In this document: positions 1-14,832 of the stretch, piece by piece | Numbering within the stretch: the stretch's first letter is position 1 | Layout: each line of letters opens with the position of its first letter | Assembly (NCBI GenBank): GCA_964016885.1 | Contig: OZ024765.1 | Coordinates: forward strand, 21,638,001 to 21,702,000 | Source of the DNA: Eledone cirrhosa | Lineage: Eukaryota | Length of the DNA stretch: 64,000 nucleotides | Reading direction: 5' to 3' | Translations under genes and position numbers: made by a program | Notes under the pieces: model-generated | The model's input: the letters and a program-made list of their open reading frames with translations, nothing else | The model's database searches: none | What the model was told of the DNA's origin: nothing

Positions 1-217
1 GATGACGATGATGATTATGATCACATACATGATAGTGATGATGGTGGTGATGATATATTTATATAGAAGATAACCGCAAAATAAAGATTTAACGATGATA
101 ATGTTGACGACAACAATAATGATGAAGCTGGCTATTATGATGTCAATGATGATGATAATAATCATCACTATAATGATGATTATGATGATGATGATGATGA
201 TGTGAATGATTATAATA

Positions 218-392
218 ATTGTTTCTACTTTTGGCGCAATTATCCCAGTGTATCACTGGTACTTTATTTTATCGACCCCCCCCCGTAAGGATGAAAGGCA
301 AAGTTAACCTTGGCAGGATTTGAACTCAGACAATAAAGGGCCGTAACTCTATGCTTGAAAGCATGGCGTCCGACGCTCTACCGATACTGCCG
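218..392 (-). mobile_element. tRNA-derived SINE, family A (Nin/Deu-domain-like body)
   Basis: Reverse complement of the body GAGTTCAAATCC(B box)...GCCTTTCATCCTTACGGGGTCGATAAAATAAAGTACCAG, which recurs about 11 times in the window. Confidence 0.8.
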
Positions 393-487
393 ATTATAAT
401 AATGATGTTGATGATGTTGATGATGATGGAGACAGTGATGACAATGATGATAATGATGACAATGATCCGAGAAAACTTTACCTTTGG

Positions 488-2123
488 ATGCTCACGCAAA
501 AAATCGACCTGTTTGCAAAAGCACTAAGATGGAGAACATTTTTCTACGACAGATACCACGACAACCAGGACTTCGATACCAAGGAGAGATTCGGATTCAA
601 TACCTACAAACCTCCCCCCACCGAACCCTTCGAGAACGACCTTTTCCACCTGGTCAAGGGTATAAAATTCAAACCCAGACTCAACAGATTCCTACAACAA
701 CTCCGCAGCAAAATTACGGAGGATGAAAGCACCAACGACATCCTGGTACACTCGGACAGAACCTGGAAACCTCTATTTCGTCAAGCCTGACAGATACCAC
801 ACACTGATCAGGAGCAGCCTGAACTCCCCCTACAAAAAGGCTAACCAGTCAATTATCGAGGACATAAATCTAGATGGACAACAAATTACCTCCAGCCTCG
901 GGGTCGCCGACCGCACTGAACCCCACGACCCACGGACTCCCTACTTCACACTGAAGGACCACAAATCCGACTTCGATCGCAAACCATCCACCGGGCTTAT
1001 AAACCCAACGAAGTCAGACATATGGAGAATCAGTAAAAAGATCCTAGACCGAGTTATACCAAAAGTTAAGCAAAACGCGAAACTTAGACTATGGGTCAAC
1101 ACCCAGGAAGTCATCTCATGGTTCAGGAATATGGAGGACAAACGGGACACAAAATTCATCCAGTTTGACATAGAGAGTTACTATGCATCTACTACCTTAC
1201 CGCTCCTTACGGCCGCCTTGGACTTTGCCGAAACACTCACACCCATCACTGACCAGGAAAGAAACATCATTCTCCACGCCAGGAAGACAGTCCTACTTTT
1301 CGACAACTCCAAGGGGATAAAGAGAGCTCCCGACTCCCCCTTAAACGTCAGTATGGGCGCGACCGATTCGGCCGAGGTCACCGATCTTATGGGATTATTC
1401 CTACTATTGAAACTCACCGAAATGTTTCCTGCATTCGGCAGTGGATTGTACCGAGACGATGGGCTCCTTACCCTCAAAGGGTACAACTCCAGTAGTACAG
1501 ACCAGGTCCGTAAACAACTAATCAACTTCTTCCGGGACCTACAACCGTCCATAACCCGAGTCAATTTCCTGGACATTACCCTCAACCTCGAAAATGATCT
1601 GTACTACCCATACAGGAAAACAAACGACAACCTGCACTACATCCACCGCTGTTCTAACCATCCTAGAAACATCACCAATAACCTGGTTAAAAACATCTCC
1701 CTCCGCATATCTTGTTTGTCCGCTAATGAACATGTGCCTCATTACAACCAGGCCCTCAAGCGAAGCGGCTTCCGGGAGGAAATATCCTTTTACCCAGCTT
1801 CCCTTAACAGAACCAGCAGGCGACACCGCCGCTCACGCAATGTAACATGGTTCAATCCTCCCCACAACGCTGAGGTGACAACTCCTATCGGGAAAATCTT
1901 CTTTAGGCTCCTCGAAAAGCACTTCCCACCACAACACCACTACCACAACATAATCAACAAAAATACCATCAAACTCTCCTACAGCACCACACCCAACTTC
2001 GCACAAAACATCGCCTCCTCTAACAACAAGAAACTGAACCCCTATGGAAGAAACAACCTAGACATTAGTGGAGAATCCTTTTTCCCCTGCTTCCTCTGGC
2101 CTGGTTTCATACACAACCCTTAG
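488..2123 (+). pseudogene. Penelope-like element reverse transcriptase, frameshifted and lacking the endonuclease
   Basis: ORFs 488-790 and 723-2123 carry PLE-type RT motifs FDIESYY, SMGA, YRDDGL, NFLDITL, YIHRCSNHP and the linker TWFNPP...IKLSYS. Confidence 0.88.
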
Positions 2124-2300
2124 AATTTGCCATATAGAATTCACTTTCAACACTTGACCGGCTCCACCCACTCCCTCATTGTTCTACAGGCAAGTTCAGC
2201 CACCCCCACCTCCCACCCACTGCCATGATAGACTTAATTGTGTTTACAAGAAATGTGGACCAATCCTCTTGCCAACTACAATCTTCCCATATAAGGAATT

Positions 2301-2396
2301 ACCCCTTGAAAAGTTTGGCTATTTGTTTACCACGCTAAAAATTCTATTTTAGTCCAGAAATAGCCGTCGAAACGGATTGAGCTCTGCCGTCGGGGT
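2301..2396 (+). ncRNA. Degenerate type I hammerhead ribozyme in the pLTR downstream of the PLE RT
   Basis: Stem I ACCCC/GGGGT; core TTGAAAA (mutated CTGANGA); stem II GGCTATTT/AAATAGCC; GAAA-CGG...CCG-TC. Confidence 0.55.
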
Positions 2397-2487
2397 CATA
2401 CATTTTCCTATTACCCACTCTACTACCCTAAGTATTGAGTACTCTGGGGCGTTATGGTCCATCTGGTTCGTTACCACACCTCCTTCG

Positions 2488-2500
<13 letters not shown>
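2377..2500 (+). mobile_element. PLE pLTR 3' tail ending in (TA)n; inverted homologue at 39472-39575
   Basis: Shared TACTACCCTAAGTATTGAGTACT...GTTATGGTCCATCTGGTTC in both copies. Confidence 0.65.
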
Positions 2501-2527
<27 letters not shown>

Positions 2528-2740
2528 CTAGGGTGGGTAAAATTCCCGAGATCCATGGACGAGTTCTCTCCAGCAGTCTCTGTCCCTCATCATCGCTGCC
2601 ATGTCCTGCGTCTCCAACAGACCAGTGTCTGTCCTTAGGGCATCAACATACGTTAACCTTGGTCTCCCTCTTCCAGTGTGTCCATGTAGGGACTCCCACA
2701 GGAGCACTGAGTGCAGTGTCAACTCTGGATGTCGGTGATT
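2528..2740 (-). mobile_element. 3' end of a non-LTR retrotransposon ORF (same family as 45644-46760)
   Basis: Translation LTLHSVLLWE.LHGHTGRGRPRLTYVD...MRDRD.WR; single-copy version of the 96-bp unit. Confidence 0.75.
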
Positions 2741-2899
2741 TGGAAATCAGAAGCCATTTCCATATTATATATTTATACTCTGCTATGTATTGAGTACCTT
2801 ACTGACTGTGGTTACCTCTGATTAAACTCAGGATAAACACACATACACACATATATATATACAAGACAGGTGACTAGACAGGTTGTATTCCTTTAGCTT

Positions 2900-3542
2900 T
2901 TATTACTGCAAACACTATGTGTAACAGTAATATACGTGAACGACAAAGCATAAATGAATTGAGAGAGAGACTGAGCATAAGAGGAATCAAATGCTGTGTG
3001 CAGGAGAGGCGGTTGCGCTGGTATGGACATGTGATGCGTATGAAGGATGACAGCTGCATAAAAAGGTGCAGAGCAATAGAAGTTGATGGAAACCGCGGAG
3101 TGGGGAGACCCAAGATGACCTGGGATGAGGTGATAAAAGCCGACCTTACCCAATTACACCTCTCAAAGACAATGACACACGACCGTGACCTCTGGCGTCA
3201 CGCAGTAATACAGGGTACCCGACCTCCCACGGGTACAAGCTGAAGCATATAGACAATATGCCCCCCCCCCCCCCCACCGCAAGGTGGTCGTGGAGGTGCC
3301 ACGGCAAAAAAGCACCCAGCCCACACTGTAAAGTGGACGTGTAGGCGCCACGAAAAAGCACCCAGCACTCACTGTAAATGAGGTTGGTGTTAGGAAGGGC
3401 ATCCAGCTGTAGAAATCAAGCCAAAATCAGTTCCTGTATGAGCAAGGCATGGTCAGCCGACCAGACACTGCCCACAACAGGACAACCCGTCTAACCCATG
3501 CTAGCGTGGAAGAACGGACGTAAAACGGTGATGATGATGACT
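2900..3542 (+). mobile_element. RTE-clade LINE 3' fragment with 3' UTR and (GAT)n tail
   Basis: RRLRWYGHVMRM...GRPKMTWDEVIKADL C-terminus, followed by UTR ending CGGACGTAAAACGGTGATGATGA. Confidence 0.85.
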
Positions 3543-3779
3543 ATGCACATTTCAGTGGTGAGGTTAAGTATGAACCCAGTGACATCATCAGGTGTATATT
3601 GCATAATAGTTAGGAAGAAACAGAGACTCAGAGGTAATTGAATGCCTTTGTTCTGGTTTGGGTGGATTAACTCTGACAAGAAAGAAACCAATGATAACAT
3701 TGTGGGTGGATGGTGTTGATGAAAGGATGAAAGAAGACAAGTTTCTTTTTGTTTTTAAATTTATGTAAAAACGAGAACA

Positions 3780-5770
3780 AATACTAAATAAATAGAAATT
3801 TTAAAATATATCAAATAGACCAAATAAAAATAATAAAAATAAATAATTATAAAAAAATAATATAAAAATATATAAAATAATATAGAAATATATAAAATAA
3901 AAATAAATAAATAAATAGAAATACAAAAATATCAAAAATAAAAGAAAATAATTAAAAAAATAGAAATGTAATAAAAAAATTTTAAATATATAAAATAAAT
4001 AATAAAGAAATATATAAAAAAAAAAAATAATAAATAAAAATACAAAAATATGTAAAATAAATATAAAATAAGGAAAAATATATAAAATAATTGCTTCTAC
4101 TTTTGGCACAAGGCCAGCAATTACCTAGTACATTACTGGTACTTTATTTTATCGACCTCGTAAGGATGAAAAGCAAAGTTAACCTCGACGAGATTTGAAC
4201 TCATAAAAATATATAAAATAATGAATAAACATATATAAAATAAAAAATAAAAATATAGAAACAAATAAAATAAAAAATATGTAAAATAAATATAAAATAA
4301 ATAGAAATATAAAATAAATAGAAATATAAAATAAATAAAAATATAAAAACAGACAAAATAAATAATAAAAAATAAAAAATATGTAAAAAATAATAAATAT
4401 ATAATAAATAAAATAAATATTTAAAAAAATTTTAAATAAACAAATAAAAATATAGAAACATAAAATAAATGGTAAATAATTAAATATATAATAAATATAT
4501 AAAAAATATATATACAAAAATTTTTAAATAAATAAAAAATATATAAAATAATTAAATAATAAATATATAAAATAAATAAATAATAAATAATATATAAATA
4601 TATAAAATAAGTAATTGTTTCTACGTTAGGCACAAGGCCAGCAATTATCCAGTACATTACTGGTACTTTATTTTATCGGCCCCGTAAGGATGAAAGGCAA
4701 AGTTAACCTCGGCGGGATTTGAACTCAGATCGTAAAGGGACGTAACTATGCTGGAAAGCATGGCGTCCGACCCTCTACTGATACTGCCAATCCACCACCC
4801 TTATAAAATAAATAATAAATATATAAAATAAATAATAAACATAAGAAATAAATAATAAATATATAAAATAAATAATTGTTTCTACTTTTTGGCACAAGGC
4901 CAGCAATTACCCAGTACATTACTGGTACTTTATTTTATCGACCCCGTAAGGATGAAAGGCAAAGTTAACCTCGGCGGGATTTGAACTCAGATCATAAAGG
5001 GACATAACTATGCTAGAAAGCATGGCGTCTGACCCTCTACCGATACTGCCAATCCACCGCCCTTTATATATAAAATAAATAATAAACATAAGAAATAAAT
5101 AATAAATATATAAAATAAATAATAAACATAAGAAATAAATAATAAATATATAAAATAAATAATAAACATAAGAAATAAATAATAAATATATAAAATAAAT
5201 AATAAACATAAGAAATAAATAATAAATATATAAAATAAATAATAAACATAAGAAATAAATAATAAATATATAAAATAAATAATAAACATAAGAAATAAAT
5301 AATAAATATATAAAATAAATAATAAACATAAGAAATAAATAATAAATATATGAAATAAATAATAAACATAAATAAATAATAAATATATAAAATAAATAAT
5401 AAACATAAGAAATAAATAATAAACATAAGAAATAAATAATAAATATATAAAATAAATAAACATGAAATAAATAATAAATATATGAAATAAATAATAAACA
5501 TAAGAAATAAATAAACAAAATAAATAAATATATGAAATAAATAATTATTTCTACTTTAGGCACAAGGCCAGCAAATACCCAGTATATTACTGGTACTTTA
5601 TTTTATCGACCCCGTAAGGATGAAAGGCAAAGTTAACCTCGGCGGGATTTGAACTCAGATCATAAAGGGACGTAACTATGCTACAAAGCATGGCGTCTGA
5701 CCCTCTACCGATTCTCTCAATCCACCACCAAAAATAAATATAAATATAAAAAACATATAAAAACAATGTC
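3780..5770 (-). repeat. Cluster of four family-A SINEs (about 4089-4203, 4613-4800, 4874-5063, 5546-5730) in A-rich spacers, including a 40-bp minisatellite (about 5070-5500)
   Basis: Repeated SINE bodies; unit ATATAAAATAAATAATAAACATAAGAAATAAATAATAAAT. Confidence 0.8.
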
Positions 5771-5934
5771 TAAAATAAGGTTTCGTTCATTTCTGGGAGT
5801 TTAGAAAAAAAAATCAATAATTTCCTATCTATATATGTTATTGATCTCTCGATAAAAGCCAGGTAATAATACCTTTACAGGTATTGATTACATTCCTGTA
5901 ATAGCAGACATCCCTCTTTGATCTGCTGAGGAAT

Positions 5935-6485
5935 TGTTGTTGTTGGTGGTGGTGGTGGTGTTGTTGTTGGTGGTGGTGGTGGTGTTGGTGGTGGGGTTGT
6001 TGTTGTTGGTGGTGGTGGTGGTGTTGGAGGTGGTGGTGGTGGTGGTGTTGGTGGTGGGGTTGTTGGTGGTGGTGGTGGTGTTGGTGGTGTTGTTGGTGGT
6101 GGTGGTGATGTTGGTGGTGGTGGTGATGGTGGTGTTGTTGTTGGTGGTGGTGGTGTTGTTGGTGGTGGTGGTGTTGGTGGTGTTGTTGGTGGTGGTGGTG
6201 TTGTTGGTGGTGGTGGTGATGGTGGTGTTGGTGGTGGTGGTGATGTTGTTGTTGGTGGTGGTGGTGGTGGTGTTGGTGGTGGAAGTGGTGGTGGTGGTGT
6301 TGTTGGTGGGGTGGGGTGGAGGGGGTGGGGTAGTGTTTGGTGTGGGGGGGTTGTTGGTGGGGGTGGTGATGGTGGAGGGGGGGGGGGGGCAGTGATGGCA
6401 GTGGTGGAGGTGGCGGTGGAGGTGGTGGCGGAGGTGGCAGTGGTGGAGGTGGTGGTGGAGGTGGTGGAGGTGGTGTTGTTGTTGT
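5935..6485. repeat. (GGT/TGT)n trinucleotide low-complexity tract
   Basis: Directly visible. Confidence 0.95.
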
Positions 6486-6568
6486 CAAGACTATAGAAAT
6501 GGTAGCCTCAATCATTCTTTTTCTGGAATATCTGTACGGCTTTCTTTATTTTTATATTCTTATATATA

Positions 6569-6649
<81 letters not shown>

Positions 6650-6735
6650 TATATATATACATATATATATAAATTCCTTTTAACTGAACTGTATCCATTT
6701 AAATCCTTCTATATTTATATATATGTATGTATATA

Positions 6736-6845
<110 letters not shown>

Positions 6846-6960
6846 TATATAAATTCCTTTTAACTAAACTGTATCCATTTAAATCCTTCTATATATATAT
6901 ACATATATATAAGATAAAGTTAAATAAAAGTCAAATGATTAAAATTTAGCTTCGTTTATT

Positions 6961-7015
6961 ACTGCTATATATATTTCAGTGACAGCCATCTTTGGCTGTG
7001 ACCTCTTCAGGCAGT
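6961..7015 (-). ncRNA. Minimal type I hammerhead ribozyme
   Basis: Reverse complement of 10411-10465. Confidence 0.8.
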
Positions 7016-8151
7016 TTGAATTAGTATGGTATAGACAAGTACATATGTTGTTTAGGTGTATGATATTGTCAATACTCTGATATGCCCAGTTCCTTGTTGG
7101 GTTGTTAATTCACTGGGGAACTGGAGTCATATGAATTCAAACAAACGAATTTTAGTGTCACAGGTCCCCTTCTCCTCTCATTGGTCAGTTATTAGTGTTG
7201 TCATTGTTGGAGTTAGCTTAAAAATTGATAAAATGGTAGAAGGGACAAGGTGTTGAAGGAACAAAATATCAAAAAATGTGTCAAACTTCCCATTGTTCAG
7301 TTCTGAGAGCATTCCTCAGTCAGAAGTCTATAGAATTCTTTCTGGGGTGAGGCTCCCTGTAGTGTTTATGCCTGCTATTGTTCAGTACATTTGACCTCCA
7401 CCATTATTTTGGTACTGTTGTTGTTGTAGTGGTCAGCTTATATCTTGCTGCTGCTAACAATTTAGAAGTATTCAGTTTGTGTTTTCTCTTCATCCCACCC
7501 GCCTGTATTGTTAGGGTTCGCCCTCCCCCCTCTGGTAACGCGGTTGTGGGTGTCTGTTGGGCTATCCACCTCCTTATTTGGGGGGGGGGGTTATTTCATG
7601 TATATGAAGAAATATAAGGCAATAAATGAAGAAAACAGAAGATAAATAAATAATTAATATAATAAAATAAAATAATTAATATAATTTGTGTAATTTGAAA
7701 ATAAATAAATAAATAGAGAATAAAGAATAAAGAGTAAATGAGAGATTGGTGAAAAAGTAATGATAATGTATATGGAGAAGTGAGAAATAATGTAGGATAA
7801 AGTGTGTGTGTGTGTGTGCTATAACCAATCTCAAGGTCAGAATATGTTGGATAGATTGGTATGATACAAGATGTTAAGATGAGATATTCAATGTGTTTGT
7901 GTTATAATCTATCTCAACTTAAAATAAATATAAATATAAGGTTATACAGTGAAGAGGGCAGAAAACAAATAAGGAGGTGGATAGCCCAACAGACACCCAC
8001 AACCGCGTTACCAGAGGGGGGAGGGCGAACCCTAACAATACAGGCAGAGCAAAATCAAATAGGCACCATGTACCAGACACCACCACACGGGCGGTGGGGA
8101 CTAGTGCGCTTGACCACGAGATGGAGCACAATATGAGTAGCAGTCTCAGGC

Positions 8152-9214
8152 GTGATGCTAACTACCCCAGGACGGACAACCCCAACCGCAGGACACGTGG
8201 GGGGGGGAGGAAACGGGCGACCACCCCACGATGGATCTCCCGGGGCAGACAACAACCACCCCACAAATCCAGGCCGTGAAGATAACAGAAAGTATAGAGC
8301 CCAAAAGGGAAGCAACAGTGCGGAAACCACCAGCAAACCAACAAATCTCCAACAAATCACGAAGCCCCCAACCCACACATATAGGAGGAGACACCGACAA
8401 ATCACGTGGTACAACCCACCCTACTCAGCGGCCCTAAAGAAAAGCTTGGCCCGATTGTTCTTTGGAGCACTTGACAAATGCTTCCCGAGGGACCACAGAT
8501 ACCACAGGATCTTCAACAGACACACTGTGAAGCTTTCGTATTCCACCACGAGAAATTTGGCCCAACACATAGCTAGCATCAACAGAAGTAGGCTTAAAAA
8601 CCACACACAACCAGAAGATGGCAATACAAACACTCAGCAGAACCATGTGAAAGGAGGGAAGGGGGGGACCCAGAGCCCACCCAAGAAACACAAACAGACC
8701 CAAGGACCCCCCACCGAGCATGGGGGAAGACCAACATGTAACACATAATGAGAACCCTAATCTAAGCACGCAGAGGCCGCCCACCCTCTGCAACTGTAGA
8801 AACCCCGAATCATGCCCCCTTGGTAATGAATGTCTCAAGAAGAACATAGTGTACGGTTGTATGGTTAAAACCCCCAACTCCGAACACCTCTACATAGGAG
8901 CCACATCAACGAGCTTTAAGGACCGCTGGTACAACCATCGCCATTCATTCAAGAAGGAGGCCAAAAGGAAAAGCACAGCTCTCTCCGACCTGATCTGGAA
9001 GCTTAAGCTGGACAGGACCCCATACTCTCTGGCCTGGTACATAATCAGGAAAGTACCACCCGATAAAGGGGGATCTTGCATATGCAAACTATGCCTGAAC
9101 GAGACCCTCGAGATACTAAGAGGTGGAAGCGGCCTGATAAACCTCAGAACCGACTTCTTCGGGACATGCAGACACCTTAGAGCCGGGACCTTTCTCAAAA
9201 TATATGGACAGTAG
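8152..9214 (+). pseudogene. PLE RT-EN linker plus GIY-YIG endonuclease (frameshift near 8720-8748)
   Basis: ITWYNPPY...VKLSYST linker; CNCR..SCPL..EC; NIVY...LYIGATSTSFKDRWYNH; C-terminal CKLCLNE...CRH. Confidence 0.88.
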
Positions 9215-10410
9215 CAACACAAGAAGATGTGAACTCCCCTCAAGCTATAGGGACTTCTACAGAACATGAAAACACCTCTCGGCCAGACCTCCCTCAAGCT
9301 ATATGGGCAATTACAACACCCTAGGTTGTGAACTCCCCTCAAGCCATAGGGAACAACCCAGGCGGAGCAGACACCATGATAGCCTAGAGATAGAATCGGA
9401 CACAGCCATAATAATCTGGCCAACATCTATAACACAAACACTTTTAATTTACCAGATTTCTGACTTTAAAGTTCCAATCTTAAATCTTGATTTCTCTATA
9501 TTAATTTGTTATTTGTTTTCTGCCCTCTTCACTGTATAACCTTATATTTATATTTATTTTAAGTTGAGATAGATTATAACACAAACACATTGAATATCTC
9601 ATCTTAACATCTTGTATCATACCAATCTATCCAACATATTCTGACCTTGAGATTGGTTATAGCACACACACACACACACTTTATCCTACATTATTTCTCA
9701 CTTCTCCATATACATTATCATTACTTTTTCACCAATCTCTCATTTACTCTTTATTCTTTATTCTCTATTTATTTATTTATTTTCAAATTACACAAATTAT
9801 ATTAATTATTTTATTTTATTATATTATTTATTTATCTTCTGTTTTCTTCATTTATTGCCTTATATTTCTTCATATACATGAAATAACCCCCCCCCCCCCC
9901 CCGCCACCACCACTACGATGGTGGCGGGTGGGCTGAAGAGAAAACACAAACTGAATACTTCTAAATTGTTAGCAGCAGCAAGATATAAGCTGACCACTAC
10001 AACAACAACAGTACCAAAATAATGGTGGAGGTCAAATGTACTGAACAATAGCAGGCATAAACACTACAGGGAGCCTCACCCCAGAAAGAATTCTATAGAC
10101 TTCTGACTGAGGAATGCTCTCAGAACTGAACAATGGGAAGTTTGACACATTTTTTGATATTTTGTTCCTTCAACACCTTGTCCCTTCTACCATTTTATCA
10201 ATTTTTAAGCTAACTCCAACAATGACAACACTAATAACTGACCAATGAGAGGAGAAGGGGACCTGTGACACTAAAATTCGTTTGTTTGAATTCATATGAC
10301 TCCAGTTCCCCAGTGAATTAACAACCCAACAAGGAACTGGGCATATCAGAGTATTGACAATATCATACACCTAAACAACATATGTACTTGTCTATACCAT
10401 ACTAATTCAA

Positions 10411-10465
10411 ACTGCCTGAAGAGGTCACAGCCAAAGATGGCTGTCACTGAAATATATATAGCAGT
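10411..10465 (+). ncRNA. Minimal type I hammerhead ribozyme
   Basis: ACTGC-CTGAAGA-GGTCACAGCC aaagat GGCTGTCACT-GAAA-TATATA-TA-GCAGT, then AATAAA. Confidence 0.82.
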
Positions 10466-10611
10466 AATAAACGAAGCTAAATTTTAATCATTTGACTTTT
10501 ATTTAACTTTATCTTACACTACTCCGGAGTAACCAAACCAACCTGCGCACTTCGTTGAGTGCTCCAGCCTGCATACTGAGGTGTTGGTATACAACCAACA
10601 TAAACTCAAAA

Positions 10612-11453
<842 letters not shown>

Positions 11454-11455
<2 letters not shown>

Positions 11456-14400
11456 AGTATGCATGTATACGTACATACATATATGTATACAGACGTACAG
11501 TAGCATGCACATATATATATATATATACATATATACATACATATGCATACAGGTACACATACATATATGCACGTATCAGTTTAGCGGCGCTAACGTCGCT
11601 TTGTTCGTTTGTAAACAAACTGAACAGCCTGAATTTATGCCATACGGTGTTAAGGCAACCACGTCACCTTTTTGTTCAACACTGACACAGGAACGATGTA
11701 CTAGTTTCAAGCTTGTTAGCTATCATCAGCACCGTTTACCCATCTGCCAGATAGTTGAACGTTCGAAAGTATATACTTTCCTTATGAAAATTAACGGCTG
11801 AGCAGCCTAATTTGCATATTGAGTGAGTTAAATCGGTCAGGCATACCGAAAACGATAAATTGAAACAAAATGAAAACGAAATTTCATTTCTCACTCTTAG
11901 TATGGCACTTACTTAAATGTAAGTATGCATGTATACGTACATACATATATGTATACAGACGTACAGTAGCATGCACATATATATATATATATACATATAT
12001 ACATACATATGCATACAGGTACACATACATATATGCACGTATCAGTTTAGCGGCGCTAACGTCGCTTTGTTCGTTTGTAAACAAACTGAACAGCCTGAAT
12101 TTATGCCATACGGTGTTAAGGCAACCACGTCACCTTTTTGTTCAACACTGACACAGGAACGATGTACTAGTTTCAAGCTTGTTAGCTATCATCAGCACCG
12201 TTTACCCATCTGCCAGATAGTTGAACGTTCGAAAGTATATACTTTCCTTATGAAAATTAACGGCTGAGCAGCCTAATTTGCATATTGAGTGAGTTAAATC
12301 GGTCAGGCATACCGAAAACGATAAATTGAAACAAAATGAAAACGAAATTTCATTTCTCACTCTTAGTATGGCACTTACTTAAATGTAAGTATGCATGTAT
12401 ACGTACATACATATATGTATACAGACGTACAGTAGCATGCACATATATATATATATATACATATATACATACATATGCATACAGGTACACATACATATAT
12501 GCACGTATCAGTTTAGCGGCGCTAACGTCGCTTTGTTCGTTTGTAAACAAACTGAACAGCCTGAATTTATGCCATACGGTGTTAAGGCAACCACGTCACC
12601 TTTTTGTTCAACACTGACACAGGAACGATGTACTAGTTTCAAGCTTGTTAGCTATCATCAGCACCGTTTACCCATCTGCCAGATAGTTGAACGTTCGAAA
12701 GTATATACTTTCCTTATGAAAATTAACGGCTGAGCAGCCTAATTTGCATATTGAGTGAGTTAAATCGGTCAGGCATACCGAAAACGATAAATTGAAACAA
12801 AATGAAAACGAAATTTCATTTCTCACTCTTAGTATGGCACTTACTTAAATGTAAGTATGCATGTATACGTACATACATATATGTATACAGACGTACAGTA
12901 GCATGCACATATATATATATATATACATATATACATACATATGCATACAGGTACACATACATATATGCACGTATCAGTTTAGCGGCGCTAACGTCGCTTT
13001 GTTCGTTTGTAAACAAACTGAACAGCCTGAATTTATGCCATACGGTGTTAAGGCAACCACGTCACCTTTTTGTTCAACACTGACACAGGAACGATGTACT
13101 AGTTTCAAGCTTGTTAGCTATCATCAGCACCGTTTACCCATCTGCCAGATAGTTGAACGTTCGAAAGTATATACTTTCCTTATGAAAATTAACGGCTGAG
13201 CAGCCTAATTTGCATATTGAGTGAGTTAAATCGGTCAGGCATACCGAAAACGATAAATTGAAACAAAATGAAAACGAAATTTCATTTCTCACTCTTAGTA
13301 TGGCACTTACTTAAATGTAAGTATGCATGTATACGTACATACATATATGTATACAGACGTACAGTAGCATGCACATATATATATATATATACATATATAC
13401 ATACATATACATACAGGTACACATACATATATGCACGTATCAGTTTAGCGGCGCTAACGTCGCTTTGTTCGTTTGTAAACAAACTGAACAGCCTGAATTT
13501 ATGCCATACGGTGTTAAGGCAACCACGTCACCTTTTTGTTCAACACTGACACAGGAACGATGTACTAGTTTCAAGCTTGTTAGCTATCATCAGCACCGTT
13601 TACCCATCTGCCAGATAGTTGAACGTTCGAAAGTATATACTTTCCTTATGAAAATTAACGGCTGAGCAGCCTAATTTGCATATTGAGTGAGTTAAATCGG
13701 TCAGGCATACCGAAAACGATAAATTGAAACAAAATGAAAACGAAATTTCATTTCTCACTCTTAGTATGGCACTTACTTAAATGTAAGTATGCATGTATAC
13801 GTACATACATATATGTATACAGACGTACAGTAGCATGCACATATATATATATATATACATATATACATACATATGCATACAGGTACACATACATATATGC
13901 ACGTATCAGTTTAGCGGCGCTAACGTCGCTTTGTTCGTTTGTAAACAAACTGAACAGCCTGAATTTATGCCATACGGTGTTAAGGCAACCACGTCACCTT
14001 TTTGTTCAACACTGACACAGGAACGATGTACTAGTTTCAAGCTTGTTAGCTATCATCAGCACCGTTTACCCATCTGCCAGATAGTTGAACGTTCGAAAGT
14101 ATATACTTTCCTTATGAAAATTAACGGCTGAGCAGCCTAATTTGCATATTGAGTGAGTTAAATCGGTCAGGCATACCGAAAACGATAAATTGAAACAAAA
14201 TGAAAACGAAATTTCATTTCTCACTCTTAGTATGGCACTTACTTAAATGTAAGTATGCATGTATACGTACATACATATATGTATACAGACGTACAGTAGC
14301 ATGCACATATATATATATATATACATATATACATACATATGCATACAGGTACACATACATATATGCACGTATCAGTTTAGCGGCGCTAACGTCGCTTTGT

Positions 14401-14761
14401 TCGTTTGTAAACAAACTGAACAGCCTGAATTTATGCCATACGGTGTTAAGGCAACCACGTCACCTTTTTGTTCAACACTGACACAGGAACGATGTACTAG
14501 TTTCAAGCTTGTTAGCTATCATCAGCACCGTTTACCCATCTGCCAGATAGTTGAACGTTCGAAAGTATATACTTTCCTTATGAAAATTAACGGCTGAGCA
14601 GCCTAATTTGCATATTGAGTGAGTTAAATCGGTCAGGCATACCGAAAACGATAAATTGAAACAAAATGAAAACGAAATTTCATTTCTCACTCTTAGTATG
14701 GCACTTACTTAAATGTAAGTATGCATGTATACGTACATACATATATGTATACAGACGTACA
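11454..14761 (-). mobile_element. 7.1 x 466-bp tandem array with one hammerhead ribozyme per unit (non-LTR retrozyme-like)
   Basis: ORF starts repeat every 466 bp; only one SNP noticed (about 13409). Minus-strand HHRs at 11692-11736, 12158-12202, 12624-12668, 13090-13134, 13556-13600, 14022-14066, 14488-14532. Confidence 0.85.
11692..11736 (-). ncRNA. Minimal type I hammerhead ribozyme, first unit of the array
   Basis: Minus strand AACGGTG-CTGATGA-T AGCT aaca AGCT T-GAAA-CTAG-TA-CATCGTT; predicted cut GUA^ between 11699 and 11698. Confidence 0.82.
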
Positions 14762-14780
14762 ACTATCTGGCAGATGGGTA

Positions 14781-14825
14781 AACGGTGCTGATGATAGCTA
14801 ACAAGCTTGAAACTAGTACATCGTT
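14781..14825 (+). ncRNA. Inverted copy of the array HHR capping the array
   Basis: AACGGTGCTGATGATAGCTAACAAGCTTGAAACTAGTACATCGTT on +, within inverted segment 14760-14834. Confidence 0.82.
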
Positions 14826-14832
14826 CCTGTGT

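Larger units (their letters stand above)
6911..10515. mobile_element. Penelope-like structure: about 1-kb inverted pLTR-like arms (6911-7970 and about 9497-10515) around a GIY-YIG-coding fragment
   Basis: Arms are near-exact reverse complements (ORFs 7056+ and 10170- are identical); each arm carries an HHR followed by AATAAA. Confidence 0.85.

Noticed and set aside
10099-10141. Second HHR in the inverted arm (CTGAGGA...GAAC)
   Set aside because: Core and stems too degenerate to support
11807-11820. Octamer motif ATTTGCAT in each 466-bp unit
   Set aside because: A single 8-mer with no supporting promoter elements; could be chance
11463-14597. Repeated 93-, 112- and 66-aa ORFs in the 466-bp unit
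   Set aside because: Largely translated (TA)n/(TACA)n with no recognisable domain; the conserved feature is the RNA motif
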